Notes under the pieces: generated by a model
The model's input: the letters and a program-made list of their open reading frames with translations, nothing else
Databases searched by the model: none
What the model was told of the DNA's origin: nothing
Shown: positions 1-10,187 of the stretch, piece by piece
Layout: every line of letters starts with the position of its first letter
Numbering within the stretch: position 1 is the first letter of the stretch
Position numbers and translations under genes: made by a program
Assembly: GCA_965223705.1 (NCBI GenBank)
Contig: OZ245015.1
Coordinates: 2,336,001-2,400,000, forward strand
DNA from: Myxococcota bacterium
GTDB taxonomy: Bacteria; Myxococcota_A; UBA9160; UBA6930
DNA length: 64,000 nt
Direction: 5' to 3'

Positions 1-1
1 T

Positions 2-334
2 GAGCGGTCCTCGATATGGCGCGATGAGGACGCTGGTGCCGAGCTTGAGCCGTGTCGTCGCCGCGGCGACAGCACCCATCAGCACAGCTGCGTCGAGCAT
101 GTTGTGGCGGCTCTGATAGGCCCGCGTTCGCGAGGCGTTCGCGACGTGTCCGCTGGTCGAGGCCTGGGGCATACAGACATGGTCCGGAAACCACATGGAG
201 TGGAAACCGGCCGCTTCGGTGCATTGCGCGACTTCGACCGGACGCATGGCCGTCGCGTCGATGTGGTGAGCGAAAAAGTTCTCTCCGTGGCGGTAGCCCA
301 CCCCGTGACTGGTTGCGTAGATCCCGAGTTCCAT
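2..334 (-). CDS. LLM-class (luciferase-like) flavin/F420-dependent oxidoreductase, 5' part only; runs off the left edge
   Basis: Not in the ORF track. Manual translation from ATG at 334: MELGIYATSHG...AQCTEAAGFHSMWFPDHV...MLDAAVLMGAVAAATTRLKLGTSVLIAPYRGP, which carries typical LLM motifs. Confidence 0.85.
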   Translation of the reverse strand, partial: MELGIYATSHGVGYRHGENFFAHHIDATAMRPVEVAQCTEAAGFHSMWFPDHVCMPQASTSGHVANASRTRAYQSRHNMLDAAVLMGAVAAATTRLKLGTSVLIAPYRGPL

Positions 335-381
335 CGTGGTCGCCCTTCGTGTACCCCCGACACGACGGTATGATGGGCGCG

Positions 382-1788
382 ATGCCTCGATCCGTCGATA
401 TCGGCGCGAAACGCTATCGCTTTGACGATTTGAGAACGCTGCTCGCGAAGGCGAGCCCCCTGCGCTCGGGCGACCGACTCGCGGGCCTCGCTGCGGAGAC
501 GCACGAAGAGCGGGTCGCCGCCCGTTTCGCTTTGGCCGATGTACCGCTCGCGGCGTTTCTCGAGGAACCAGTGGTGCCTTACGAAGCCGACGAGGTCACG
601 CGGCTCATCTTCGACAGCCATGATGCCGAGGCCTTCGCGCCCGTCGCGTCGCAAACCGTGGGAGAGTTCCGCGACTGGCTGCTCTCCGATGCGGCGACGC
701 CGGAGATTCTCGAGTGTCTCTCCCCGGGGCTGACGCCCGAGATGGTGGCGGCCGTCTCCAAATTGATGCGCAATCAGGATCTCATCGGTGTCGCGCGGAA
801 GGTTCGCGTCGTCACGGCATTCCGAAACACGATCGGTCTACCGGGCCGGTTGTCCGTCCGCCTTCAACCCAACCACCCGACGGACGATCTCGCTGGAGTG
901 AGCGCCTCGATCGTCGACGGACTCCTTCTCGGTTGCGGCGACGCGGTCATCGGCGTGAACCCGGCGACCGATAGCCCCACCCGAACGGGGGACTTGCTCC
1001 GTCTGTTGGACGACCTCATCCAACGCTACGCGATTCCTACACAGTCGTGTGTTCTCGCCCATCTGACCACTTCCCTCGAAGTGATGGAGTCGGGGGCGCC
1101 CGTCGACTTGGTGTTCCAGTCCATCGCCGGAACGGAAGCGGCGAACGAAGCCTTCGGCATCTCGCTGGCGCTCCTCCGAGAAGCCCGCGAGGCGGCGTTG
1201 GCCCTCCAGCGCGGGACCGCGGGTGACAACGTCATGTATTTCGAGACGGGACAGGGAAGCGCGCTGTCGGCGCGCGCGCATCACGGGTGTGACCAGCAAA
1301 CGATCGAAGCGCGCGCGTACGCAGTGGCGCGCGAGTTCGCTCCGCTCCTGACGAACACGGTGGTCGGTTTTATCGGCCCGGAATACCTGTACGACGGAAA
1401 ACAGATCCTTCGAGCGGGCCTCGAAGACCACTTCTGCGGGAAGTTGCTCGGCGTTCCGATGGGTTGCGACGTCTGTTACACGAATCACGCCGAAGCGGAT
1501 CAGGATGACATGGATATCCTGCTCACGGCCCTGGGGGTGGCCGGTTGCAACTTCGTCATGGGTGTACCCGGCGCCGACGACGTGATGCTCCACTACCAGA
1601 GCACGAGTTTTCACGACGCGCTCTCCCTGCGATCGATGCTCGGCTTGCGTCCGGCTCCGGAGTTCGAGGTCTGGCTCCACGAGCTAGAGATTCTCGATGG
1701 AGAGGGCCGCGTACGCCCTCGTCTCGCTTCGGGCGCCGCCGCGACTCGACTCCTCGAAGCGGCGGGCGGGCACTCGGATGGCGTCTGA
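382..1788 (+). CDS. eutB: Ethanolamine ammonia-lyase large subunit
   Basis: LLAKASPLRSGDRLAG, RLQPNHPTDD, YFETGQGS, EDHFCGKLLG, YQSTSFHD motifs; start trimmed to MPRSVDIG. Confidence 0.95.
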   Translation: MPRSVDIGAKRYRFDDLRTLLAKASPLRSGDRLAGLAAETHEERVAARFALADVPLAAFLEEPVVPYEADEVTRLIFDSHDAEAFAPVASQTVGEFRDWLLSDAATPEILECLSPGLTPEMVAAVSKLMRNQDLIGVARKVRVVTAFRNTIGLPGRLSVRLQPNHPTDDLAGVSASIVDGLLLGCGDAVIGVNPATDSPTRTGDLLRLLDDLIQRYAIPTQSCVLAHLTTSLEVMESGAPVDLVFQSIAGTEAANEAFGISLALLREAREAALALQRGTAGDNVMYFETGQGSALSARAHHGCDQQTIEARAYAVAREFAPLLTNTVVGFIGPEYLYDGKQILRAGLEDHFCGKLLGVPMGCDVCYTNHAEADQDDMDILLTALGVAGCNFVMGVPGADDVMLHYQSTSFHDALSLRSMLGLRPAPEFEVWLHELEILDGEGRVRPRLASGAAATRLLEAAGGHSDGV

Positions 1789-2518
1789 CCCCTGGACGCG
1801 CCTTCAAAGCCTGACACCTGCACGTGTTGGTCTCGGGCGCGTCGGAGACAGCCTCCCGACGCGAGCGCTTCTGGAGTTCGAACTCGCTCACGCGCGCGCC
1901 CGCGACGCGGTCTACGCGGAGCTCGACACCGAGCTGCTCGTCGGCGCGCTAGCGGCCGCGATGCCGGGGCGCGCGAGCCTTGTCGTGCGCAGCCGGGCCG
2001 ACGACCGCAGCACCTATTTGCAGCGCCCCGATCTCGGCGCCTCCCTCCACCCCGAGGACGAATCGAAGCTCGCGCCCGGCGACTTCGACGTGACTTTCGT
2101 TTTGGCCGACGGCCTTTCGGCGACGGCGGTCCATGCGCACGCCGTCGCGACGCTGATGGAAGCGACGCGCTTGCTCGGATCCGTCTCGGTGGCGCCCTGG
2201 GTCGTCGCGTACCAAGCACGGGTCGCGCTGGGCGATCCCATCGGTGCGGCGCTCGCGGCGCGGCTCGTCGTGATGTTGATCGGGGAACGACCGGGGTTGT
2301 CGAGCCCGGACAGTCTCGGCGCTTACTTGACGTTCGATCCGCGGGCAGGTCGAACCGACGCCGAGCGCAATTGTATTTCGAATATCCGCACCGGCGGGCT
2401 TCCGCCTGCGGCCGCGGGGGCTCGGATTGCGGCGCTGGTAACGGAATCACTGCGCCGACGGGTCTCGGGCGTTGCACTCAAAGACCGTTCCGACGCCGCC
2501 CTCGCGATTGACCGCTAG
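1778..2518 (+). CDS. eutC: Ethanolamine ammonia-lyase small subunit
   Basis: TPARVGLGR, HARARDAV, YLQRPDLG, IGERPGLSSPDSLG, RNCISNI motifs; overlaps the eutB stop. Confidence 0.95.
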   Translation: MASDPWTRLQSLTPARVGLGRVGDSLPTRALLEFELAHARARDAVYAELDTELLVGALAAAMPGRASLVVRSRADDRSTYLQRPDLGASLHPEDESKLAPGDFDVTFVLADGLSATAVHAHAVATLMEATRLLGSVSVAPWVVAYQARVALGDPIGAALAARLVVMLIGERPGLSSPDSLGAYLTFDPRAGRTDAERNCISNIRTGGLPPAAAGARIAALVTESLRRRVSGVALKDRSDAALAIDR

Positions 2519-3315
2519 CTCGGGATGATTCCCCCATCGACGTTTAGCGATTGCCCGGTGATGTTGCGCGCGGCGGGAGACGCGAGAAAAGCGACCATGG
2601 CGGCAATGTCCTCGGGGTCGTTTGCGCGGCGCAGTGGAATGAGCCGCGTCGCCTGGGCTTCGGCTTCCTCTTTCGTGATTCCCTTGTGTTCGGCTTGATA
2701 GTCGATGATCTCGTGGTAGAGGGACGTCCGCACGACCCCGGGACAGACGGCGTTCACGTTGATGTTGTGGCGAGCCAACTGCTGGGCCGCCGTTTTGGTC
2801 AGGCTGATCACCGCCCCTTTGCTCGCGGCGTAGATGGCGTTCGAGGTTCCGATGAAGCCACGCCCGGCGATCGAAGCGATGTTGATGATCACACCGCTTC
2901 GCCGGGGGATCATCACCTTGGCCGCTCGTTGGAGACAGAAGAACACTCCTTTGACGTTCACCCGGTGAATCCGGTCGAAGTCGTCTTCGGTGAGATCCGT
3001 GATGTAGGCCCGACGGGTAATACCGGCGTTGTTGACGAGACAATCGAGCTGTCCGAAATGCTCGAGGGTCGTGCGGATCAGTCGGTCGATCTCCGCGACG
3101 TCCCCGACGTCTGCGGTCACCGGCAGCGCCTGACCGGCACCGCTCTCGCCAATCGACGTAGCCACCGCGCGCGCGGCGTCCGCGTCGATATCGGCGACGA
3201 CCACACGGGCTCCCCCTGCCGCCAGTGCGTGGGCACAGGCGCTCCCGATGCCCTTCCCTCCCCCGGTGACGATGCTGACTCGTCCGGCGGGGTCGACGTC
3301 ATGTTCAGAACTCAT
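2515..3315 (-). CDS. Short-chain dehydrogenase/reductase
   Basis: TGGGKGIG, NNAG, YAASK motifs. Confidence 0.9.
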   Translation of the reverse strand: MSSEHDVDPAGRVSIVTGGGKGIGSACAHALAAGGARVVVADIDADAARAVATSIGESGAGQALPVTADVGDVAEIDRLIRTTLEHFGQLDCLVNNAGITRRAYITDLTEDDFDRIHRVNVKGVFFCLQRAAKVMIPRRSGVIINIASIAGRGFIGTSNAIYAASKGAVISLTKTAAQQLARHNINVNAVCPGVVRTSLYHEIIDYQAEHKGITKEEAEAQATRLIPLRRANDPEDIAAMVAFLASPAARNITGQSLNVDGGIIPS

Positions 3316-3321
3316 CGGTAT

Positions 3322-4392
3322 CTAGGGCGCGCCCGGCGTCTCTAGGAACGCGACGCGTTCTCCCGCGAAGCTTCCCAGGTAGATCCGGTCGCCGATGTCC
3401 AGCGCGACGGTCGCCCCGCCAAAAGGCGCGCCTTCTCCGGCGAAGAGTTCGGTGGTCGCCCCGCTGGCCGGATCGATCGAAACGACTCCGAAGCGGATAC
3501 CACAGTACGGCGTCGTGACGTGGTTGCACCCCAGTACGTCTTCAAGCTCGGTCCGATGCGAGGCCACGAGAAGCGCACCTTCGGGCGTCCAGCTCGAGTT
3601 GTCCGGTCCCTCCACCGAAGCCGTCCAGAGTTTTTTTCCGGTGCTCCGCTCGATGGCGACGACTTCGTCGCCCAAGTAGTAGTTCACGTAGAGAACGGAG
3701 CCGTCGGGCGAAACCGACACGCCGTTCGCCAACGCTCCCTCGGTGCCCGGGATCTTTCGCCAACCTCCGTCGGGAGTCCATTCGAGGACATGGCCCTGGA
3801 TTTCGGGCCGACTGTCGATTTCGAGAAGGGCTTCGACGTTGGTTCCCCGGGGTGTCATGTGGCTCGCGACGAAGCCTCCACTGGGAAGCGCTGCGACGTC
3901 GTTGAGCCAGACGTGGTCCGGTGCGACCACGCAGCCTCGCCAACGCAGCGAGGGTTCGTGCTGCTTGGCGTCCCAGATCTGAAAGATCTCGATGGACTCG
4001 CGTTCCCCATGGTTGACCACCAAGAGCTGTGCCTTCGCCCCAGGGCCCGCACCCACGTGAATCCCATGCGGAGCGATGCGCTCGCCCAGGGCCGGACCGC
4101 AGCCTTCTGCGCCCCAAGGCGTCGTGACCTTGTCGATGTCGGCGGCGGGGTTCGGATACAAGATCTCGGTGTTGTTGTTCCGGCGGAGCAACTTGATCGT
4201 CCCCGAGCGTTCGCCGGTTACGCCGCCGTACTCGCTCACGATCATGATGTCACCACCGGGAAGGAGATCGATGTCCTCCGGCGCTTGGAAACCATCGATT
4301 ACCGAGAGTTCCAGCGAGCTGGTGTCGGAACCCGAAGTTCCGCAAGCGAGAGTGAGCAAAGCCAGTAGGATCGCCGTTGCGACGTGTGTCAT
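3322..4392 (-). CDS. Lipoprotein, paraoxonase/SMP-30/gluconolactonase-like beta-propeller
   Basis: Lipobox LTLAC; APEDI, PHGI, LNDVA, ANGV, GPDN motifs. Confidence 0.75.
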   Translation of the reverse strand: MTHVATAILLALLTLACGTSGSDTSSLELSVIDGFQAPEDIDLLPGGDIMIVSEYGGVTGERSGTIKLLRRNNNTEILYPNPAADIDKVTTPWGAEGCGPALGERIAPHGIHVGAGPGAKAQLLVVNHGERESIEIFQIWDAKQHEPSLRWRGCVVAPDHVWLNDVAALPSGGFVASHMTPRGTNVEALLEIDSRPEIQGHVLEWTPDGGWRKIPGTEGALANGVSVSPDGSVLYVNYYLGDEVVAIERSTGKKLWTASVEGPDNSSWTPEGALLVASHRTELEDVLGCNHVTTPYCGIRFGVVSIDPASGATTELFAGEGAPFGGATVALDIGDRIYLGSFAGERVAFLETPGAP

Positions 4393-4463
4393 GGGGGCCT
4401 CCGCGAGCTATTCAACGCGGGCGCGAGGCGTCCCGTCAAGCGTCTTCGCGCCGTCGCGGCATG

Positions 4464-5723
4464 TCAGGAAATCGAGAAGGAGGCTCGGTTGTTGAGCGTG
4501 TCGCGGTCAAAGCCGGCGGCGCGCTTGTAACGCGCCGCGATCTCCTCGAGCTCGGAGCGACTGATCACGTCCTCAATGCGCTCGAAGCCGTCGGGTGCAC
4601 GCTGCGCCACGATCTCCATACATTGCTCGGGACCGACTTGGCGGTTCAGCTCGACGATCTTTGCGGTGGCGGGCCGTCGCTCGTGCTCGTACGCCGCCAG
4701 CGCTGCGCCCGGGCTTGCGTCTTTCGCCAGATGCATCGCCAGGACGCGCGCGTCGAGGATCGCCTGGGACGCCCCGTTCGAGCCGACCGGATACATCGGA
4801 TGGGCTGCATCACCGACCAGCGTCACCCGGCCCTTCCCCCAGGACGGCAGCGGATCGCGATCGACCATGGGGTACTGGAAGATCTGCTCCGCAGCTTCCG
4901 CGACTTCGGGGAAGTCGAGCCAGGGAAAGCGATACGCCCCGAAGTTTTCCAGCACGTCCGCGAGGTCCCCGGAATGCTCCCACTCCTGGGGCGGCATCTC
5001 GCGCTCGTTTTGCATGCGAACCTCGGCGACCCAGTTGATCAGCGCTTCGCCGCGCTCCCGGTGAGCGCGAGAGATCGGATAGACGACGATTCGGCGCGCG
5101 AAAGTTCCCGCCATCACCATTGATTTACCGTCGAGGAACGGTGCGCCCTCGCTGACGCCCCGCCACATGGTGACGCCGTTCCACTTCGGCGGCCCCTCGC
5201 CCGGATGGAGGAGCGCACGGACGCGCGAATGGATGCCGTCGGCTCCCACGAGCAGATCGCCGCTCGCGATGTGCTCACGGCCATCATGCCGGTTTTCGAA
5301 GACGGCTCGGATTCGATCGCCCGCTTGCTGAAACGCTTCGAAACGGTGGCCCGTAACGATCCGGTCCGCTCCCAGACGCTCAGCCGCCGCCTCGAACAGG
5401 ATTCGAAGGAGCGCTCCTCGGTGGATGGAGAACTGTGGCCACCGGTAACCCGCGTCCGTCCCGCGCGCTTCTCGCCAGATTTCCTGGCCGTGCTTCGTGA
5501 AGTAGATGAGGTGAGCGGTCGGGATGGCTTCGGCGGCCAGCGCGTCTCGCAACCCGAGCTCGGTCAATTCGCGAACGGCATGGGGTAGCAGGTTGATCCC
5601 AACACCGAGTTCGCGCATGGCCGTCGCGGACTCGTAGACCGTCACGTCGTGAAGCCCTGCTGCATGAAGACTCAGCGCCGTTGCGAGTCCGCCAATCCCT
5701 CCCCCGGCGATGACGATGCGCAT
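4464..5723 (-). CDS. FAD-dependent monooxygenase (group A aromatic hydroxylase-like)
   Basis: GGGIGG, GADGIHS, LVGDAAHPMYP motifs. Confidence 0.9.
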   Translation of the reverse strand: MRIVIAGGGIGGLATALSLHAAGLHDVTVYESATAMRELGVGINLLPHAVRELTELGLRDALAAEAIPTAHLIYFTKHGQEIWREARGTDAGYRWPQFSIHRGALLRILFEAAAERLGADRIVTGHRFEAFQQAGDRIRAVFENRHDGREHIASGDLLVGADGIHSRVRALLHPGEGPPKWNGVTMWRGVSEGAPFLDGKSMVMAGTFARRIVVYPISRAHRERGEALINWVAEVRMQNEREMPPQEWEHSGDLADVLENFGAYRFPWLDFPEVAEAAEQIFQYPMVDRDPLPSWGKGRVTLVGDAAHPMYPVGSNGASQAILDARVLAMHLAKDASPGAALAAYEHERRPATAKIVELNRQVGPEQCMEIVAQRAPDGFERIEDVISRSELEEIAARYKRAAGFDRDTLNNRASFSIS

Positions 5724-5726
5724 GAG

Positions 5727-6542
5727 TCAGATCACGTCGCGGCGCCGCAGAAAGCTCAGGCATGCATCGGCAAGGCGCTCGGGGCCTTCCATCATGATGA
5801 GATGCCCGATTCCTTTCGCGATTTCCCCTTCCGCGAGGCCGTTCGGAATTGCGGCGATCGTATCGAGCACGTCTTGATCGGGGATGTGATAGTCCGCTTC
5901 GCCCTTGTACAGAAACATCGGGCACTGAATTCGGTCGAGCAGGTCGCGAACGTCGTGATCGTTCCAGGCATCCATGTCGGCGACGCAGGTCTCCTGATAG
6001 GTCGCGCGATGCTGCCACTTCGACTCGATGACTTTGCGCTCTTCACACGGAAAGTACATGGCCGACGTGGACGCGTTGTCGACAAGGGCTGGGAACCCAG
6101 GGAACGAGTGAGGATCCGCGTAGCCGGATAGGAATGAGATCGAGCCCGTCGAGGCCGCGGACTCGAAGGCCATTCCCGCGCGTATCCCGTCCGGGTGGCG
6201 GCAAGCGATCTGAAGCGTCATGTCGCCGCCGATCCCGCTTCCACAGATCACAGGCTTCTCGTCCGGACGAACGGCTTGGACAAAGTCCCAGACCCACTCC
6301 GCGTAGTCGGCCATCTTGCGAAAAGGCTTCCAGTTCACGGGGTAGGACTTTGCGTGCCCGGGAAGGTCGGGGGCGATTGTATGGAAGCCTGCCTCGGCCA
6401 TAATCGGCATGAAGTACTGCCATTGCAGGGAACAGGCCCACCCCATGTGGATACAGACCAAAGGAATTCCTTCGCCGCATTCGTCGTAGTAGGCGCGCGT
6501 ATCCTGAACGGTCGTGTAGCGTCCCGTGATCTCGACGGACAT
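5727..6542 (-). CDS. Alpha/beta-hydrolase fold protein lacking the canonical nucleophile Ser
   Basis: APDLPGHAKS, elbow GSGIGG, C-terminal GHLIMME. Confidence 0.8.
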   Translation of the reverse strand: MSVEITGRYTTVQDTRAYYDECGEGIPLVCIHMGWACSLQWQYFMPIMAEAGFHTIAPDLPGHAKSYPVNWKPFRKMADYAEWVWDFVQAVRPDEKPVICGSGIGGDMTLQIACRHPDGIRAGMAFESAASTGSISFLSGYADPHSFPGFPALVDNASTSAMYFPCEERKVIESKWQHRATYQETCVADMDAWNDHDVRDLLDRIQCPMFLYKGEADYHIPDQDVLDTIAAIPNGLAEGEIAKGIGHLIMMEGPERLADACLSFLRRRDVI

Positions 6543-6544
6543 GG

Positions 6545-6934
6545 TCAATTCCCTCCGTTCTTCGCCAGCAATTCGCGAATGGTAGAGAGCATCAAGTGAG
6601 TCGATTCATACATGCGGTTCGCTTGGATGAGATTCCCGTCGACGGTGATCGCGCCGGAGTCGAGTAGATGCCCTTGGGCGCGGGTTCCCCCCCCGAGAGC
6701 CCGCCAGATCTCAAGTGGCGCGGCGATCGTGTAATCCCAGCCGAGCGGATTGGCCATCGGGTAATAGGCCATATGATCGATGACCCGGCCGCCGTAGAGC
6801 TTGAGCCAGTAGCGCTCCTCACCGAATGCCAACACGACTTTGACGTCGGACCAGCGGCTGGCTTTCTCGAAGGCGTTGCTCTCATTCAGCGAACGCGTCA
6901 GGGCATCCACGAACTCAAGACTCGGGAATTTCAT
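6545..6934 (-). CDS. SCP2/sterol-carrier-like small protein
   Basis: 129 aa, F-P-S-x-E-F N-terminus, ITVDGNL C-terminal motif; abuts the hydrolase gene. Confidence 0.55.
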   Translation of the reverse strand: MKFPSLEFVDALTRSLNESNAFEKASRWSDVKVVLAFGEERYWLKLYGGRVIDHMAYYPMANPLGWDYTIAAPLEIWRALGGGTRAQGHLLDSGAITVDGNLIQANRMYESTHLMLSTIRELLAKNGGN

Positions 6935-7068
6935 CAGTCGGCTCTCCGCTGCGATCGGGCGACCACCCTATCACAGGCGGATCACCCGCTGCGGCAAGCG
7001 GGCGGCAACTCGCGCCACCAAGAAGTCGTCGGGCGGCACTCACCAGCGATGCCGCGGAGGACGAGTCA

Positions 7069-7290
7069 GTGGTCGCAGGTCTGTTGATGTTCAGCGGACT
7101 CGCTTGCGTGGCGTATGGCCTCGCGATCTCGAGCCTCCGCGCCGTGGCGCCCGAGCGATTGGCGCGGCTCGCGCCGCTGCGCGCGCGCTTCGGCCGAAGT
7201 CGTGGCACGCTGATACACGGCCTGATGTTTACTTCGACTCCGATCGCACTCGGGATGTGGTTGACGTTCGAAGGGGCGATGCGCCTCTAG
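7069..7290 (+). CDS. Small two-TM membrane protein
   Basis: GGAGG RBS before GTG; two hydrophobic segments flanking a basic loop. Confidence 0.55.
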   Translation: MVAGLLMFSGLACVAYGLAISSLRAVAPERLARLAPLRARFGRSRGTLIHGLMFTSTPIALGMWLTFEGAMRL

Positions 7291-8945
7291 GTGGTGCGCT
7301 CGGCCGCGGCCTTGGCTTCCTCCGCGACGAAGCCGGGATACCCGCGCTCGGCCTCGCTCGTCAGTTGCTTGAAGTATTCGGGGCCTCCGACGTGCACCGC
7401 GAACTGACGGTGTTTGCCTTCGATGTTCGCGCCCGTGTACCACGAATCCGTCTGCGGAAAGAGCGTCTCGTTGGCGAAGGTGGCGACGTTCTCTCTCCAC
7501 GCCTCTTCGACGCCCGGCGCCGGCTCCATCGCGCCGAGACCGTTTTCGCGCATGTGCTGGATGCAGTCGCGGATCCAGTTTCCTTCGAGCTCGGCTCCGA
7601 GGGGCATGTTGAACAACACGTTCGGGGACTCCGGACCGTGCACCATGAAGAGATTCGGGAAGCCCGGAATCGAGACCCCGAGGTAGGTCGAGAAGCGCTG
7701 GCTCCAGCGCTCTTGCAGCGTTACGCCGCCGCGTCCGCGCGGGTTGACGCGCAGTAGCGCACCGGTGATTGCGTCGTAGCCCGTGGCGAGGACCAGCATG
7801 TCGAGCTCGTGTTCGCCGCGCGCGGTCTTGAGCCCGGACGGCGTGATGCGCTCGATCGGATCTTCGCGGAGGTCGACCAGCGCGACATTGTCTCGGTTGT
7901 AGGTTTCGAAGTAGCCATCATCCAAAATCTGGCGTTTGGTCCCTAACATATAGTCAGGCATCAATTTTCTCGCGGTCGCAGGATCGTCTACGAGGTCGGC
8001 GATCTTCTCCTTGACGAAGCTCGAGATCGTCGCGTTCGCTTCTTTGTTCGTCAGCAGATCGTTGTAGCTGTCGAACAGCATGAAGAGTCCACCGTCTTGC
8101 CAAAGGCTTTCGTAGACCTCTCGACGTTTCTCCGGGGTATGGTCGAGCGCGGAGGTCGTTGCGAGCGGATACGGTGCGCCGATCGCCGATTCGTGCATAC
8201 GGCTGCGCAGCTCCGGCCAGTTCTCTCGGGTCTCCTTCAAGTAGGCGGGATCCACCGGGCGGTTACCCGCCGGGATGCTGTACTGCGGGGTTCGTTGGAA
8301 GACCGTCAGGTGCTCGCAGGCCCGGGCGATGATCGGGATGGCCTGGACGCCGGACGAGCCGGTACCGATCACGCCGACGCGCTTCCCTTCGAAGGAGACG
8401 CCTTCGGGAGGCCACTGACCCGTGTGATGGAGTTCTCCAGTGAAGTCGTCGATCCCGGGAATGTTCGGTTTGTTCGCAGTCGACAAGCATCCCATCGCCG
8501 AGATCAGGTAAGGCGCGGAGAACACGGTGCCGTCGTCGGTGGTGACGTTCCAGCGCTGCAGGTCTTCATCGAACGCGGCGCTTCGAATCCAGGTTTCGAG
8601 CTGGACATCACGGAGCAGATCAAACTTTTCGGCCATGTACTCGAGGTATGCGAGCACTTCCGCTTGCGAGGGCTGGCGCTCCGCCCAGTCCCACTCTCGA
8701 AAGAGTTCTTCCGAAAACGTGTAGCCGTAGAACGGCGCGCTCGGGTAGTCGACGCGCGCACCCGGATAGCGGTTCCACCACCAGGTGCCGCCGACGCCCG
8801 CAGCGCCGTCGAAAACCCGCACGGCGAGGCCCAGCTCACGCAGGCGGTGGAGGACGTACAGGCCGCCGACGCCCGCGCCAATGACGATCGCGTCGAGCTC
8901 TCGCCGCTGCTCCGGCCGATGTTCTATTTGTGCGCTCGCCGCCAT
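7287..8945 (-). CDS. Baeyer-Villiger monooxygenase (type I)
   Basis: GAGVGG, GGTWWWNRYPG, fingerprint FTGELHHTGQWP, GTGSSG, ATGYD. Confidence 0.93.
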   Translation of the reverse strand: MAASAQIEHRPEQRRELDAIVIGAGVGGLYVLHRLRELGLAVRVFDGAAGVGGTWWWNRYPGARVDYPSAPFYGYTFSEELFREWDWAERQPSQAEVLAYLEYMAEKFDLLRDVQLETWIRSAAFDEDLQRWNVTTDDGTVFSAPYLISAMGCLSTANKPNIPGIDDFTGELHHTGQWPPEGVSFEGKRVGVIGTGSSGVQAIPIIARACEHLTVFQRTPQYSIPAGNRPVDPAYLKETRENWPELRSRMHESAIGAPYPLATTSALDHTPEKRREVYESLWQDGGLFMLFDSYNDLLTNKEANATISSFVKEKIADLVDDPATARKLMPDYMLGTKRQILDDGYFETYNRDNVALVDLREDPIERITPSGLKTARGEHELDMLVLATGYDAITGALLRVNPRGRGGVTLQERWSQRFSTYLGVSIPGFPNLFMVHGPESPNVLFNMPLGAELEGNWIRDCIQHMRENGLGAMEPAPGVEEAWRENVATFANETLFPQTDSWYTGANIEGKHRQFAVHVGGPEYFKQLTSEAERGYPGFVAEEAKAAAERTT

Positions 8946-9005
8946 GGAAGAAACCTCGCGTTGAAAGCTTGAGTCGTCACTGCATCATACTCCGTACGCT
9001 CGGGT

Positions 9006-10187
9006 TCAACCGATGACGGATTCCTCCCGAAGCGTCGCGATCGCTGCGGGATCGAGGCCCAGCTCGGCCAGCACCTCGTCGGTGTGCTCGCCGTGTCCCG
9101 GCGCATGGGAACGGATACGGGTCGGCGTCGCGCTGAAGCGCGCCGGAGGACGCGCCGTGACCGTGCGTCCGGCGGTCGGGTGCTCGGCTTCGACCAGGAT
9201 TTCGAGATGCCTCACCTGGGGGTCGGACATCGCCTCGGCTCGGTCGAGGACGGGTGCGCAGGGAACATCGACACTGCGCAGAGCCGTCAGCGCTTCTTCC
9301 GTGGTCAGGGTCCCGAGGGCGTCGCCGAAGGACGCCCGCATTTCGAGGGAGTGCCTCAGACGGCCGTTTCGCGTGGAGAACCGCGGATCCTCCGCGACAT
9401 CCGGGCGGCCCACCGCCCGGGCCGCAGCCTGAAACTGGCCGTAGCTCACCCAAACCGCGGACAGTTGGCCGTCCTTCGTGTTGTAGGGCGCGTACCAAAC
9501 GCTGTAGGTCGGAACCGGCTCTTCGTCGGGAAGAGATTCGTTCCAGTACACGTCGGGCCACATCCACGCGAGCAAAGCCTCGAGCATGCTGAGTTCGACG
9601 TGCTGGCCCCCCGCTCCGTTGAGTCGACCGATCAGCGCGCCCAAGGCGGCGTTCGCCGCCGTCATCGCCGTGGTCTTGTCCGCGATGACGCTCCGGACGA
9701 AGTCCCCGTTCTGCGTCGCCGCCATTCCGGCGATGCCCTGGACGATCGGGTCGTACACCGGTTGGCCCGCGTAGGGGCCGGTCGACCCGAACCCCGAGAT
9801 CGAGACGTAGATCAAGTCGGGGTTTACGGCGGACAAGGCGTCGTAGCTGATACCCAGGCGCTCGGCGACGCCGGGTCGAAAATTCTGGAGGAAGATGTCG
9901 GACTCGGCGGCGAGCTGCTTCACGAGATCGATCGCGCGCGGCTCCCGCAAGTTCAACGCGATCCCCCGCTTGTTGCGCTGCATCGCTACCCAGACGCCCG
10001 ACTGATCCCCCTTGACGGCGCCTGTCAGACGCATCGTGTCCGCGCCGTTGTGGCGCTCGATGAAAATTACTTCGGCGCCCATATCGGCCATGATGGAACT
10101 CGCCCAGGGGCCGGCCAGGACCGCCGAGGCATCGAGAACCTTGATGCCCGTCATGGGGCCGTTCTGAAATTTCGAGGCGTTGGTCAC
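9006..10187 (-). CDS. Family III CoA transferase (CaiB/BaiF)
   Basis: LAGPWA, RNKRGIALNL, QNFRPGV, SISGFG, GEHTDEVL motifs. Confidence 0.9.
   Translation of the reverse strand: MTNASKFQNGPMTGIKVLDASAVLAGPWASSIMADMGAEVIFIERHNGADTMRLTGAVKGDQSGVWVAMQRNKRGIALNLREPRAIDLVKQLAAESDIFLQNFRPGVAERLGISYDALSAVNPDLIYVSISGFGSTGPYAGQPVYDPIVQGIAGMAATQNGDFVRSVIADKTTAMTAANAALGALIGRLNGAGGQHVELSMLEALLAWMWPDVYWNESLPDEEPVPTYSVWYAPYNTKDGQLSAVWVSYGQFQAAARAVGRPDVAEDPRFSTRNGRLRHSLEMRASFGDALGTLTTEEALTALRSVDVPCAPVLDRAEAMSDPQVRHLEILVEAEHPTAGRTVTARPPARFSATPTRIRSHAPGHGEHTDEVLAELGLDPAAIATLREESVIG

Noticed and set aside
52..381. 110-aa N-terminal extension of EutB
   Set aside because: Overlaps the divergent LLM gene; EutB-like sequence begins near 382
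7935..7965. dif site or LexA box within the AT-rich patch
   Set aside because: Only partial resemblance (TATGTTA; CT...CAG); arm lengths and spacing do not fit
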